From assembly GCA_963662865.1 (NCBI GenBank), contig OY759969.1, forward strand, positions 2,287,742 through 2,351,741: DNA of 64,000 bases. Reading direction: 5' to 3'. Below, piece after piece: positions 1-8,185 of this stretch. The stretch comes from Gammaproteobacteria bacterium. Its GTDB lineage: Bacteria > Pseudomonadota > Gammaproteobacteria > JAJDYQ01. Each line of letters starts with the position of its first letter. Position 1 is the first letter of the stretch. The translations under genes and the position numbers were made by a program. Below the pieces are notes generated by a model. It searched no databases and was not told where the DNA came from. It saw only the letters and a program-made list of their open reading frames with translations.

Positions 1-867
1 ATTGATGTCGGCTTGGATAAGTACGGCAAAGGATTAGATAAATTCATATCTTGGGGTTATCTGCCTCATGAAGATAAATATAACAAACCCACGATTGATG
101 GACGTAACTCAGCGGTGCAGATGCCCAGCGGCGTCTTCGATGGTGCGTCAGGTACGCATAAACTGATGGATCAAGGCATGGCAAGGGAAGATACAACACA
201 TGCCTGGTATGACGAAAGTGGTACAGTTCATCCGTTCAACCGCACTACCAACCCCATCCAGAAAAATGTATATGACTTTGATAACAATTACTCATGGGCA
301 ACTGCGGTAATTCATGCCGAGCATGGTCATCTGGAAGCAGGGCCATTGGCTCGTGAGCTGGTCTATGGCGGCAACCATATGCAGGATTGGCAGCATCAGG
401 ATGGTCTGGTACTGGATATGTACAAAAAAATGGGCGGCGCCAGCGTCCTGCTGCGTCACTTTGCGCGCATGCACGAATTCAAATGTATCTATCGCCAGAT
501 GGAGCAATGCCTGCGTGAGTTCAAGCTGGATGAGCCCTTCTATATCAAGCCTAAAGAACAGGATGGAAAAGGATGGGGCGCAACCGAGGCGATTCGCGGG
601 GCATTATGCCACTGGATCGAAATTGAAGACAGCAAGATCAAGAACTATCAGATAGTGGCACCGACAACCTGGAACGTAGGTCCCCGGACCGAGCAGGGAG
701 AGCGCGGACCGATTGAAGAAGCCTTGATTGGAACACCTATTGAAGACCCGGGTGACCCGGTAGAAGTTGGTCATGTTGCTCGATCTTATGACTCATGTTT
801 GGTATGTACAGTGCATGCACATGATGCCAAGACTGGCGAAGAACTGGCAAGATTTAAAACGGCTTAA
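1..867 (+). CDS. [NiFe]-hydrogenase large subunit, C-terminal portion (gene continues upstream of window)
   Basis: Frame-1 ORF open from nt 1. The C-terminal nickel-site motif is present (YDSCLVCTVH, a variant of DPCxxCxxH), followed by a short roughly 16-aa tail of the kind removed by the maturation protease. A HupD-type protease gene follows downstream. Confidence 0.8.
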   Translation: MDVGLDKYGKGLDKFISWGYLPHEDKYNKPTIDGRNSAVQMPSGVFDGASGTHKLMDQGMAREDTTHAWYDESGTVHPFNRTTNPIQKNVYDFDNNYSWATAVIHAEHGHLEAGPLARELVYGGNHMQDWQHQDGLVLDMYKKMGGASVLLRHFARMHEFKCIYRQMEQCLREFKLDEPFYIKPKEQDGKGWGATEAIRGALCHWIEIEDSKIKNYQIVAPTTWNVGPRTEQGERGPIEEALIGTPIEDPGDPVEVGHVARSYDSCLVCTVHAHDAKTGEELARFKTA

Positions 868-987
868 TGTCATCTTTCCCCTTATCCAACTGGCTACATG
901 GCCAGTTGACTGATTTTCGGGGGTAATTAATCCGTGAAAATGCGGAATGTTTTGACATTTATTCCATGTTGGCGATAGGGAGCACAT

Positions 988-1302
988 GTGTCTAAATCCG
1001 ACGATGATTCATTGCGGGACCTCATCGGCCAAATGATGGAAGATGGCTTGGAGACCCAAACCGAACCATTTCCCAAAGACAATCACGAGTTCGAAAATCT
1101 GCTTGTTAAATTGCGCGAGCTTGATGCAGATGATCTTGAGGGCAAACTGGTTATATCGGGTTTCGTAGATCGTCCTTACGGAGAAGACGAACAGCGCTGT
1201 TTAGAATGCATGTATTACCTTGTGCATCGAAAGTGGTGTGACCTGCCGGAATTGGCTGTACCCGTAGAACCGGAGTGGTGGTGCCGTCTCTGGAGGATAT
1301 AA
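988..1302 (+). CDS. small 4-Cys protein, hydrogenase-cluster associated (paralog A)
   Basis: 104-aa ORF. C-terminal motif CxxC-x9-C-x15-C ending PEWWCRLWRI. Tandem paralog of the next ORF. Family not recognised. Confidence 0.5.
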   Translation: MSKSDDDSLRDLIGQMMEDGLETQTEPFPKDNHEFENLLVKLRELDADDLEGKLVISGFVDRPYGEDEQRCLECMYYLVHRKWCDLPELAVPVEPEWWCRLWRI

Positions 1303-1331
1303 CCGGACTCAGATTAATTCGAGGTTAGAGC

Positions 1332-1679
1332 ATGAGCGAGAATGCGATCTCTGAAGAGCGACATGCTGCGGACGATTCACTGCGCAAGGATATCAAGTCG
1401 TTTTTAAGGAACGGCCTGGAAGTTGAAATTGAACCGCGAGCCTACTCCCATGAACAGGTCACGAATGTAGTAGCGCGTTTACAAGGCCTTGAAGATGATG
1501 ATTACATCAATAAACTGATTATTGGTGGATTCACCCTGACACCGTATATGGCCGATGACGATGATAAGCAGGCATGCGAAACCTGTATGTACTATAAAGT
1601 TCATCGGCAGTTTTGTGAGCTCCCTGAGCTCATGGTTCCTGTTGAACCGGAATGGTCTTGCAGACTCTGGCGTATTTAA
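1332..1679 (+). CDS. small 4-Cys protein, hydrogenase-cluster associated (paralog B)
   Basis: 115-aa ORF with the same C-terminal block (CETCMYYKVHRQFCELPELMVPVEPEWSCRLWRI) as 988..1302. Confidence 0.5.
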   Translation: MSENAISEERHAADDSLRKDIKSFLRNGLEVEIEPRAYSHEQVTNVVARLQGLEDDDYINKLIIGGFTLTPYMADDDDKQACETCMYYKVHRQFCELPELMVPVEPEWSCRLWRI

Positions 1680-1764
1680 GGATACGCTGATTAATTCAGA
1701 GTTTCCTGCATCACCTGATGATAAGTACTCTTAAGCGTACTAGTAACAAAGCCTTCATATAGCA

Positions 1765-2232
1765 ATGTTATCAATCATCGGCTGTGGCAATACCAATCGA
1801 AGAGATGACGGTGTAGGAGTACACGTAGCACACCACCTGAAAGCATATCTGGATGGGCGCCCTTCTCACTCTGTAACGGTTTATGATGCCGGAACCAGCG
1901 GTATGGATGTGATGTTTCAAGCCAAAGGCAGTAAGGCACTAATAATCATTGATGCTAATTTCAGTGGTTCAGCCCCAGGCGATATCTTTAAAGTCCCCGG
2001 AGAAGAACTGAGCAATATAAAAGACCCCGGTTATAACCTGCATGATTTTCGATGGGATCATGCCTTATATGCAGGTAAAAAAATATTCAAACAGGAATTT
2101 CCCGATGACATTACAGTGTTTTTGATCGAAGTGGAAAATACTGATATGGGACTGGACCTAACACCTGTAGTCCGCCAATCGGCAGATCGTGTCGTTGAGC
2201 TTATAAAAAACAGGATCACGGCATGGACGTAG
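1765..2232 (+). CDS. hydrogenase maturation endopeptidase (HyaD/HybD/HupD family)
   Basis: N-terminal IIGCGNTNRRDDGVGVHV, typical of the large-subunit C-terminal processing protease. 155 aa. Lies immediately downstream of the large subunit. Confidence 0.8.
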   Translation: MLSIIGCGNTNRRDDGVGVHVAHHLKAYLDGRPSHSVTVYDAGTSGMDVMFQAKGSKALIIIDANFSGSAPGDIFKVPGEELSNIKDPGYNLHDFRWDHALYAGKKIFKQEFPDDITVFLIEVENTDMGLDLTPVVRQSADRVVELIKNRITAWT

Positions 2233-2540
2233 TGGCTATAATCCAAATCAGACACGGCAATATATATATTGACTCCGATATCCATGACAAATATTTCAGC
2301 GGCTTGGAAAGTGTTGCACTATTAAATAGAGACGGATATACATACATAATGCCACTCCGATCAGGTTCCTCAGGCGGACTGCTATTGAAAATGCGTAACG
2401 CTAAAGGTGACCGAGTTATACACAGTATAGAATATTTGAATGAACTGGGAATTCCCTACGAAGACGAGTTACAGGTTGAGGCTAAATGGGACGCTGCGAT
2501 GTCAGGTTTATGTCTTGATATTCCCAAGGTAGAACAATGA
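2223..2540 (+). CDS. hypothetical protein (overlaps protease gene end, probably co-operonic)
   Basis: 105-aa ORF with a 10-nt overlap onto the upstream gene. No recognisable motif. Confidence 0.35.
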   Translation: MDVVAIIQIRHGNIYIDSDIHDKYFSGLESVALLNRDGYTYIMPLRSGSSGGLLLKMRNAKGDRVIHSIEYLNELGIPYEDELQVEAKWDAAMSGLCLDIPKVEQ

Positions 2541-2572
2541 TACCTCAGGCCACCGCTTAATAAAAGCATTCA

Positions 2573-3347
2573 TTACGACCATAATAACAGTAATCGTCGC
2601 AGAATTAAGCAATCCCTATAACCATGCCGGCTTTTCTTTACCGCCGGTACCTGTATGAGTCCGCCGCATATCGCACTTTTTGTTGCTAATAATGTAATGC
2701 GCCGGAGCTTGTAACCCCAGCCCTTTGTGTGGTCGGCAAGCTGGTTGCATTTGACCAGCCAATCGGCCAGCTTTTCGTTAAGCAAGCCCAAGTCTGCAAA
2801 CAATGGGCCTTCATGGAAGTCAACAAACTGTTCTTGGGCAATCCGGCTAAAACGAGAGTGTTCAATAATATGCGTGGTCAACAAGTGCTATAATGCAAGG
2901 ATGAAAAAGTCTATCGCACTCGCTCTCGCACTTTTGTCGTTCCCGCTCGGTGCTACCGAGCGAGTGCTGCTGGACTCACAAATCATCGCCAATCTGCCGA
3001 TAGATCGCCCGCAATCGCTCGACGAGATCGCACACGGCAAGTGGGGCTATGCGATTTTTGACCCCGAAAAGGTTCCGGTGTCAACCCGATACAAAATCGT
3101 CTCCGATCAAAGCAGACAATGCCTGACTCTGCGTTGAAGCAGACACTCTCCCCTTGACGGCCAAATCCGTTAAAAACGCCTCCATTTCCGCCTTGCCCAA
3201 CTCGACGGGATGGCGTTTATTGTGAAACAGGATATAGCGCTTAATCCAATTCAAGTAACTTTGTTCAGTCCTGATCGAATAATTCAATCGCTGCAAGCGC
3301 TCTCGCACCTGACTCAAGAAGGGAGATTTCATTTCTTTATTTTGCAT
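2573..3347 (-). pseudogene. intI: integron integrase (intI) pseudogene: N-terminal fragment (3130..3347) and a weak C-terminal-like fragment (2573..2884), separated by an inserted duplicated segment
   Basis: ORF 3081..3347 translates to VRERLQRLNYSIRTEQSYLNWIKRYILFHNKRHPVELGKAEMEAFLTDLAVKGRVSASTQSQALSAL. This matches the conserved N-terminal SAM-like region of integron integrases ([34 protein letters not shown]...VSVSTHRQALAAL). The ORF then runs into the antisense of the inserted repeat. ORF 2573..2884 contains HIIEHSRFSRIAQEQFVDF, weakly resembling the IntI segment HHMYDQTFQRAFKRAVEQ. The central roughly 170 aa of the integrase are absent. Confidence 0.65.
2885..3130 (+). repeat. duplicated copy (about 90% identity) of the 5' end plus 20 bp upstream of the DUF3047-like gene at 8186..8905 (original about 8659..8912, opposite strand)
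   Basis: ORF 2727..3137 encodes MKKSIALALALLSFPLGATERVLLDSQIIANLPIDRPQSLDEIAHGKWGYAIFDPEKVP. ORF 8186..8992 encodes MKSSIALVLTLLSLPLGAAERVLLDSQIIANLPIDRPQSLDEIARGKWGYAIFDPDKVP. The DNA aligns including the TATAAT-containing leader. Confidence 0.85.
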
Positions 3348-3516
3348 GATTTCGGCAAGATAAAATACGATTTAAAAACAAAAAATTGAATTAAATCAAT
3401 GGCATAAATAAATATCAATATTTCTTAATGCCAGAAACAGACGAATAATTTTAACACAAAAATTTTGTATCTGTCTGCATTCCATGATAGATTGGGAGAT
3501 CTACTAGTAGTTAGCA
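3348..3516 (+). other. putative attI / integron promoter region with a GTTAGCA crossover-like site at 3510
   Basis: AT-rich non-coding stretch between the intI start codon and the first cassette ORF. It ends in GTTAGCA, similar to the GTTAG(G/C)C cores of the downstream attC sites. Confidence 0.4.
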
Positions 3517-3539
3517 GGTAAAAACTTGAAGGGTGACTC

Positions 3540-3899
3540 ATGAGTAAACGATTAAGAGGTTCCTTCAGTGTCTACAAAGAAACCAATAAGTATAAAAACT
3601 TTGTGCAAGTTGAGATGCTTATCATTTCAATCATTATTGGCTATTCAGCATCATCCTGGTTTGTTTGGCTCATTTCATGTTTTTTGCTAGTAGGCGCACT
3701 TGGGACAAAAATCGAAATGATCATTGGCTGGGTTGTCACAATTTTATTGGCGATTTTGTCTACACTACTTTTATTCGAAGGCTCACAAAACCTAGAATTT
3801 AGTCTAGTTTTTGGTTTTTTACTGGGTGGAGTGTCTTGGTATATACATGATTGTGGAAACATATACTGGCGTGACTTTGTTGAGGCTGAATGGTGGTAA
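3540..3899 (+). CDS. small membrane protein (cassette 1, first ORF)
   Basis: 119 aa with three or four hydrophobic helices. AT-rich. Preceded by the RBS-like GAAGGG. Confidence 0.45.
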   Translation: MSKRLRGSFSVYKETNKYKNFVQVEMLIISIIIGYSASSWFVWLISCFLLVGALGTKIEMIIGWVVTILLAILSTLLLFEGSQNLEFSLVFGFLLGGVSWYIHDCGNIYWRDFVEAEWW

Positions 3900-3912
3900 T
3901 TAAAAAGAAAAA

Positions 3913-4632
3913 TTGAAAATTATCATGCCAGACCATAGCCAGGCAAATATATTTGATGTGCACCCATCACAAGAAATGGTAGCACTTTTTAAAGACAAAC
4001 CATTTCAAGGCCAATCACCCGAAAAAGCCTCCATTATATTTCTGAGCTCTGATGCAAATTATTCTCCAGAAATTTCAAACCATCCTTTTTTCAATTTTAT
4101 TTTGGAGTACCAGAAAAATGGAATTGCATTTTGGAAAAAATATGACTGCCATCATCCCTTCCTTTTATCAAACTATCCATTCAACAAAAATACAGGTGGC
4201 GTTCCTTTTCATCGGAATTTTAGGAAAATAGGGCTCAGCACTACCCATATTGAAAACATCTCATTCCTGGAACTTCTGGATATACCAACAATAGGGAACA
4301 AGTCAAAAAACAAAAAACTCTTTTATGATCTCGTCTCAAAATCTCACCTTGCGTACATAGAAAACCTTATGATGGGAGACTCCAGCAAATTATTTTTTGT
4401 ATCTAATGGTGTTTTGAAAGATATTGAAAAGTTAAAAAAACGGTTTCCAGTATTTAAATGGCTGGATCTGCCAGTGACGGGGCGACTTTCAAAAGGAATT
4501 AAAAGCAATAAAATCGAAGAGATTTATCATTTTTCTTCTTGGCAAATACATGGTCAACTTGCTGAAATTTCAACAATAATAAATAAATGGCTGGAAAAAT
4601 CTGCTAACAAATCACTTCAGCGGATGGCGTGA
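3913..4632 (+). CDS. hypothetical protein (cassette 1, second ORF)
   Basis: 239-aa ORF, AT-rich. Its 3' end overlaps attC-1. No family recognised. Confidence 0.45.
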   Translation: MKIIMPDHSQANIFDVHPSQEMVALFKDKPFQGQSPEKASIIFLSSDANYSPEISNHPFFNFILEYQKNGIAFWKKYDCHHPFLLSNYPFNKNTGGVPFHRNFRKIGLSTTHIENISFLELLDIPTIGNKSKNKKLFYDLVSKSHLAYIENLMMGDSSKLFFVSNGVLKDIEKLKKRFPVFKWLDLPVTGRLSKGIKSNKIEEIYHFSSWQIHGQLAEISTIINKWLEKSANKSLQRMA

Positions 4633-4693
4633 ACGTCGGCGGCGCTGACGCGGCAAGGTCGGGTGGCGCCACCGCTGAGTTCAAACGTTAGCC
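4602..4693 (+). other. attC site 1
   Basis: GCTAACAAATCA ... imperfect palindrome (TGAACGTCGGCGGCGC / GCGCCACCGCTGAGTTCA) ... GTTAGCC. Confidence 0.65.
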
Positions 4694-4733
4694 CCTTTAG
4701 GGAAATTGCATAAAACAGAAGTGCCATTAAATT

Positions 4734-5471
4734 ATGGAACTGTTCTTTCTCCTTCTGCTAATTTTTATCGTTTTACCCCTGGTATTTAGCTCGGCAAAGT
4801 ACAAGGGGTATGCGGGTGAAAGAAAAGTTGTACGTAAGCTTGGAAAATTTATCGATTCGATCGAGGGGGGTAAAGCATTCCATAATGTAACATTAGCAAC
4901 GCTCGATGGAACCACTCAAATTGATCATGTTCTTTTAGCCCCCCAAGGTATTTTCGTTATTGAAACTAAAAATATGACGGGATGGATATTTGGAGGGGAG
5001 TGGCAAAAAAGATGGACACAAACCATATATAAGAAAAAAGTAAATTTCCAAAATCCTATCCACCAAAACTACAAGCACGTAAAAGCACTGGAAAAACTGC
5101 TAGAAGCGAACCCTGAAATCATATTCAATGTTGTTGTTTTTGTAGGTGATGCCAAGTTTAAAACTGCTATGCCTGACAATGTTATGAAATTAAGAGGGCT
5201 GTTACCTTATATAAATTCGCATTCTGAGCACGTTTTAACCGGCAGAGACATTGAAAAGTATGATTCATTGATAGATCGAACCATTTCAGGCAACGTGGTA
5301 TCTGATAAACAGCACGTGCATAATGTTAAGAGAAATCGTGAGAACCCTATTTGTCCAAGGTGTGGAAGCTCTATGGTGCTGCGCACAGCGAAAAAAGGAA
5401 AGAATAAAGGCTCACAATTTTGGGGGTGCTCTGGTTTTCCATCATGCAGGGCAGTCAAGAAAAAGGGCTAA
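4734..5471 (+). CDS. NERD-domain protein with C-terminal topoisomerase-type C4 zinc finger (cassette 2)
   Basis: N-terminal TM segment. The NERD-like core is GERKVVRKL...IDHVLLAPQGIFVIETKN. C-terminal CPRCGSSMVLRTAKKGKNKGSQFWGCSGFPSCR matches the zf-C4 Topo-DNA-binding pattern. Confidence 0.7.
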   Translation: MELFFLLLLIFIVLPLVFSSAKYKGYAGERKVVRKLGKFIDSIEGGKAFHNVTLATLDGTTQIDHVLLAPQGIFVIETKNMTGWIFGGEWQKRWTQTIYKKKVNFQNPIHQNYKHVKALEKLLEANPEIIFNVVVFVGDAKFKTAMPDNVMKLRGLLPYINSHSEHVLTGRDIEKYDSLIDRTISGNVVSDKQHVHNVKRNRENPICPRCGSSMVLRTAKKGKNKGSQFWGCSGFPSCRAVKKKG

Positions 5472-5580
5472 CAATGGCGGTCGAGAGGGACTTACCTTCC
5501 GCGGTGTTCGTTTGTGCTTTACGCTACGCTAGCACAAGCCTCACCTCGCTACGGTAAGCCCCTCACCGCTAGCGTTAGGC
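5465..5580 (+). other. attC site 2
   Basis: GGCTAACAATGG ... inverted repeats ... CTCACCGCTAGCGTTAGGC. Confidence 0.7.
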
Positions 5581-5710
5581 TTTATACGCATATCGTTTGC
5601 AGCACCATTACTTTATGGAATAAGTAGACTATTACTACAGATCAAAGCCCAGAAAAGTGAATTTACTGGTAAATTTACGCATATTGGTTGTTTAAGAACT
5701 AGGAAATAGC

Positions 5711-6919
5711 ATGAGTAAATTAAAACTGGGAGTTATTGGAACTTCAAGAAAAGAAGATGAACGACGTTTCCCAATTCATCCAGAGCATTTGTCTCGTATT
5801 CCTGATGCTATTCGTCGTCAGCTAATATTTGAGGAGGGTTATGGAGCACCGTTTGATATTTCAGATTCAGAGATTGCTGCTCAGGCGGGTGGGATTGCAA
5901 CACGGCATGAATTATTAGCAGACATTGGCATGGTAATCATTTCAAAACCTGTACTGGCTGATTTATTGGAGCTCCGTGAAGGAGGAACGTTGTGGGGTTA
6001 TGTGCATTGTGTACAACAGCAGGATATCACTCAGGCTGCTTTGAACCGTAAGCAGACACTTATTGCCTTTGAGGATATGTTTGTTTGGTCTCCAAGCGGA
6101 CAACGATGTCGACATACATTCTATAAAAACAACGAATTAGCTGGTTATTGTGCGGTACTGCATGCCTTACAGCTTAAAGGAATCGATGGGCACTACGGCA
6201 ACCGCCGTAAAATAGTTATTTTCAGTTTTGGTGCAGTCAGTCGGGGAGCGATATACGCGCTCAAGGCTCATGGTTTTAGAGACATTACCATTTGTATTCA
6301 GCGCCCAGACCATGAAGTTCGTGAAGAGGTGCTTGATTGTCACTACGTTAAGGTTAGAGCGGGTAACGAAGACGAAGCGCGGATGATGGTGGTGGAGCAC
6401 GATGGAGCTAAAAGACCGTTGGCTGAACTCATTCTTGAAGCAGATATCATTGTAAATGGAACCTTTCAAGAAACGGATAATCCTACTGACTTTGTGATCG
6501 AAGAGGAAAGTTCGTGCCTTAAACCTCACAGTCTTATTATTGATGTCAGTTGTGATCAGGGAATGGGGTTCTTTTTTGCTAAACCAACCACATTTAAACA
6601 ACCGATATTTAAATATAAAACGATAGATTACTATGCTGTGGATCATACACCGAGCTTCCTTTGGGAAAGCGCAACTCGCTCAATTTCTGCCGCACTTATT
6701 GTATATTTATCAACGGTTCTATCGGGCCGTGATAGTTGGCAGAAAAATGAAACTATCAGATATGCTATAAATATTGATGGTGGTGTTATTAAAAAAACCT
6801 CAATTATTACGTTTCAAAATCGCGAATCGAATTACCCCCATAACCATATCAACCGACTTGAAAATAAATCCAAGAAGCCTAACAAATCAATCCAGCCGAC
6901 CGCCTTCGGCGGCGGCTGA
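5711..6919 (+). CDS. alanine dehydrogenase/PNT-family (N5-carboxyethyl-ornithine synthase-like) protein (cassette 3)
   Basis: 402 aa. N-terminal LKLGVIGTSRKEDERRFPIHPEH, followed by a Rossmann segment IVIFSFGAVSRGAIYAL. The family assignment is from pattern recall only. Confidence 0.45.
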   Translation: MSKLKLGVIGTSRKEDERRFPIHPEHLSRIPDAIRRQLIFEEGYGAPFDISDSEIAAQAGGIATRHELLADIGMVIISKPVLADLLELREGGTLWGYVHCVQQQDITQAALNRKQTLIAFEDMFVWSPSGQRCRHTFYKNNELAGYCAVLHALQLKGIDGHYGNRRKIVIFSFGAVSRGAIYALKAHGFRDITICIQRPDHEVREEVLDCHYVKVRAGNEDEARMMVVEHDGAKRPLAELILEADIIVNGTFQETDNPTDFVIEEESSCLKPHSLIIDVSCDQGMGFFFAKPTTFKQPIFKYKTIDYYAVDHTPSFLWESATRSISAALIVYLSTVLSGRDSWQKNETIRYAINIDGGVIKKTSIITFQNRESNYPHNHINRLENKSKKPNKSIQPTAFGGG

Positions 6920-6933
6920 TTGAGGCGTTAGGC
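6876..6933 (+). other. attC site 3
   Basis: GCCTAACAAATCAATCCAGCCGACCGCCTTCGGCGGCGGCTGATTGAGGCGTTAGGC, with a GCCTAAC inverse core and a GTTAGGC core around a short palindrome. Confidence 0.75.
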
Positions 6934-6956
6934 GCAAACCACAAACTAATGTTTTG

Positions 6957-8042
6957 TTAGGATTTTTCATTTAACAGAAACTCCATACCTGCCAACTCAT
7001 GTCCATTTACGATAATGCTAATCGAATGATTACCTGCATAATATTCTCTTGTTGAAATTTTCTTGAACGAAAAAGATTTCTTAACAGTTTTGTTATTACT
7101 ATCAACTTCTGACTCAGATATTTTGAATATTTTCCTTGATAAATTACCGCTTTTCTTAACAAAATCTATCGCATATTCAATTCTAAGCCTTCCGAGCTTT
7201 TGTTTTTGCGATTCAATTGTAAAAGAGAAATTCAGATTACCTTCCATTTCAACGGATTTTTGGGTTGTGAAATTTTTAATTTCAAGATGCTCTGGCTTTG
7301 AGAAGCCAAACAGATTCATTATCTCCGGCTGCCCTTGCTTTAGTAGCGTGCGACAAGCGTGCTTAATAATCCAGTCTGTTCGTTGATTGCTACCCAGCCA
7401 GCTCTTGGCTATCTCTATTACAATCTGTGGGTTATCTTTTGATATGTCATTCAGATTATTGGCAACGCTCCTTCTTACATATTCACTATCATCATTTTTC
7501 AGTTTTTCCAATATCGGCAGGATTTGGGATGGATCTCGCTTAAATTCAGGAAGTGCCATTGCCCAGGGTAAGCGAGGCCGACATCCTTCAGATGAAAGCC
7601 GACGTACATGGTGATTTTCTGATTCAGCCCATAATTCCATTTGTGCCATCATTTTCTTATTATGTTTTTTAATGAATGGTCGAACCGCAGACTCAGAACT
7701 TGCATACGAGGTGAAGTGCTCCAAAGCATGAATGGACTCTTCATACTGATCTAAGCCATACAGCTCCACAAAACCCGGAAAAAACATATACTGAAATCCA
7801 CTGAATTTTGATGACAATTTCATTAGTATTTGAATAGCATCAGAATAATCCATTGGTAAATATTGGTGCAATGATTCTGAAATATGTTTCATCCGCTCCT
7901 TTAGTTCTTTTTCTTTCCATTCATTATCAAATATATGAGAAGAAAACCCATCTTCATCAAAATTCTCATGCAGGCTTGACACTTGTTCGCACAAGGATTT
8001 TACAAGTTCAACGTTGTATAAGTTTTTTAATGGTTCCGGCAT
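6957..8042 (-). CDS. DNA alkylation repair protein (AlkD/AlkC-like HEAT-repeat glycosylase family) (cassette 4, reverse orientation)
   Basis: 361 aa. YVRRSVANNLNDISKDNPQIVIEIAKSWL matches the DNA_alkylation repair-enzyme family signature. Confidence 0.55.
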   Translation of the reverse strand: MPEPLKNLYNVELVKSLCEQVSSLHENFDEDGFSSHIFDNEWKEKELKERMKHISESLHQYLPMDYSDAIQILMKLSSKFSGFQYMFFPGFVELYGLDQYEESIHALEHFTSYASSESAVRPFIKKHNKKMMAQMELWAESENHHVRRLSSEGCRPRLPWAMALPEFKRDPSQILPILEKLKNDDSEYVRRSVANNLNDISKDNPQIVIEIAKSWLGSNQRTDWIIKHACRTLLKQGQPEIMNLFGFSKPEHLEIKNFTTQKSVEMEGNLNFSFTIESQKQKLGRLRIEYAIDFVKKSGNLSRKIFKISESEVDSNNKTVKKSFSFKKISTREYYAGNHSISIIVNGHELAGMEFLLNEKS

Positions 8043-8185
8043 GGTTGGTTTTGAATCCTAACATTGCCAATGAGCGGCTTATTTTTCAGTGGCAAGCGCA
8101 GCACAGCTACTGAAAAATAAGTCCGATTCAATTGGGCTTGTCAAGCTTTTTTCATAATATGGTATCGGATTCAGGCAAGAAAATG

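Noticed and set aside
314-655. Internal ORFs within the hydrogenase large-subunit region
   Set aside because: They overlap the clearly conserved large-subunit frame and have no independent support.
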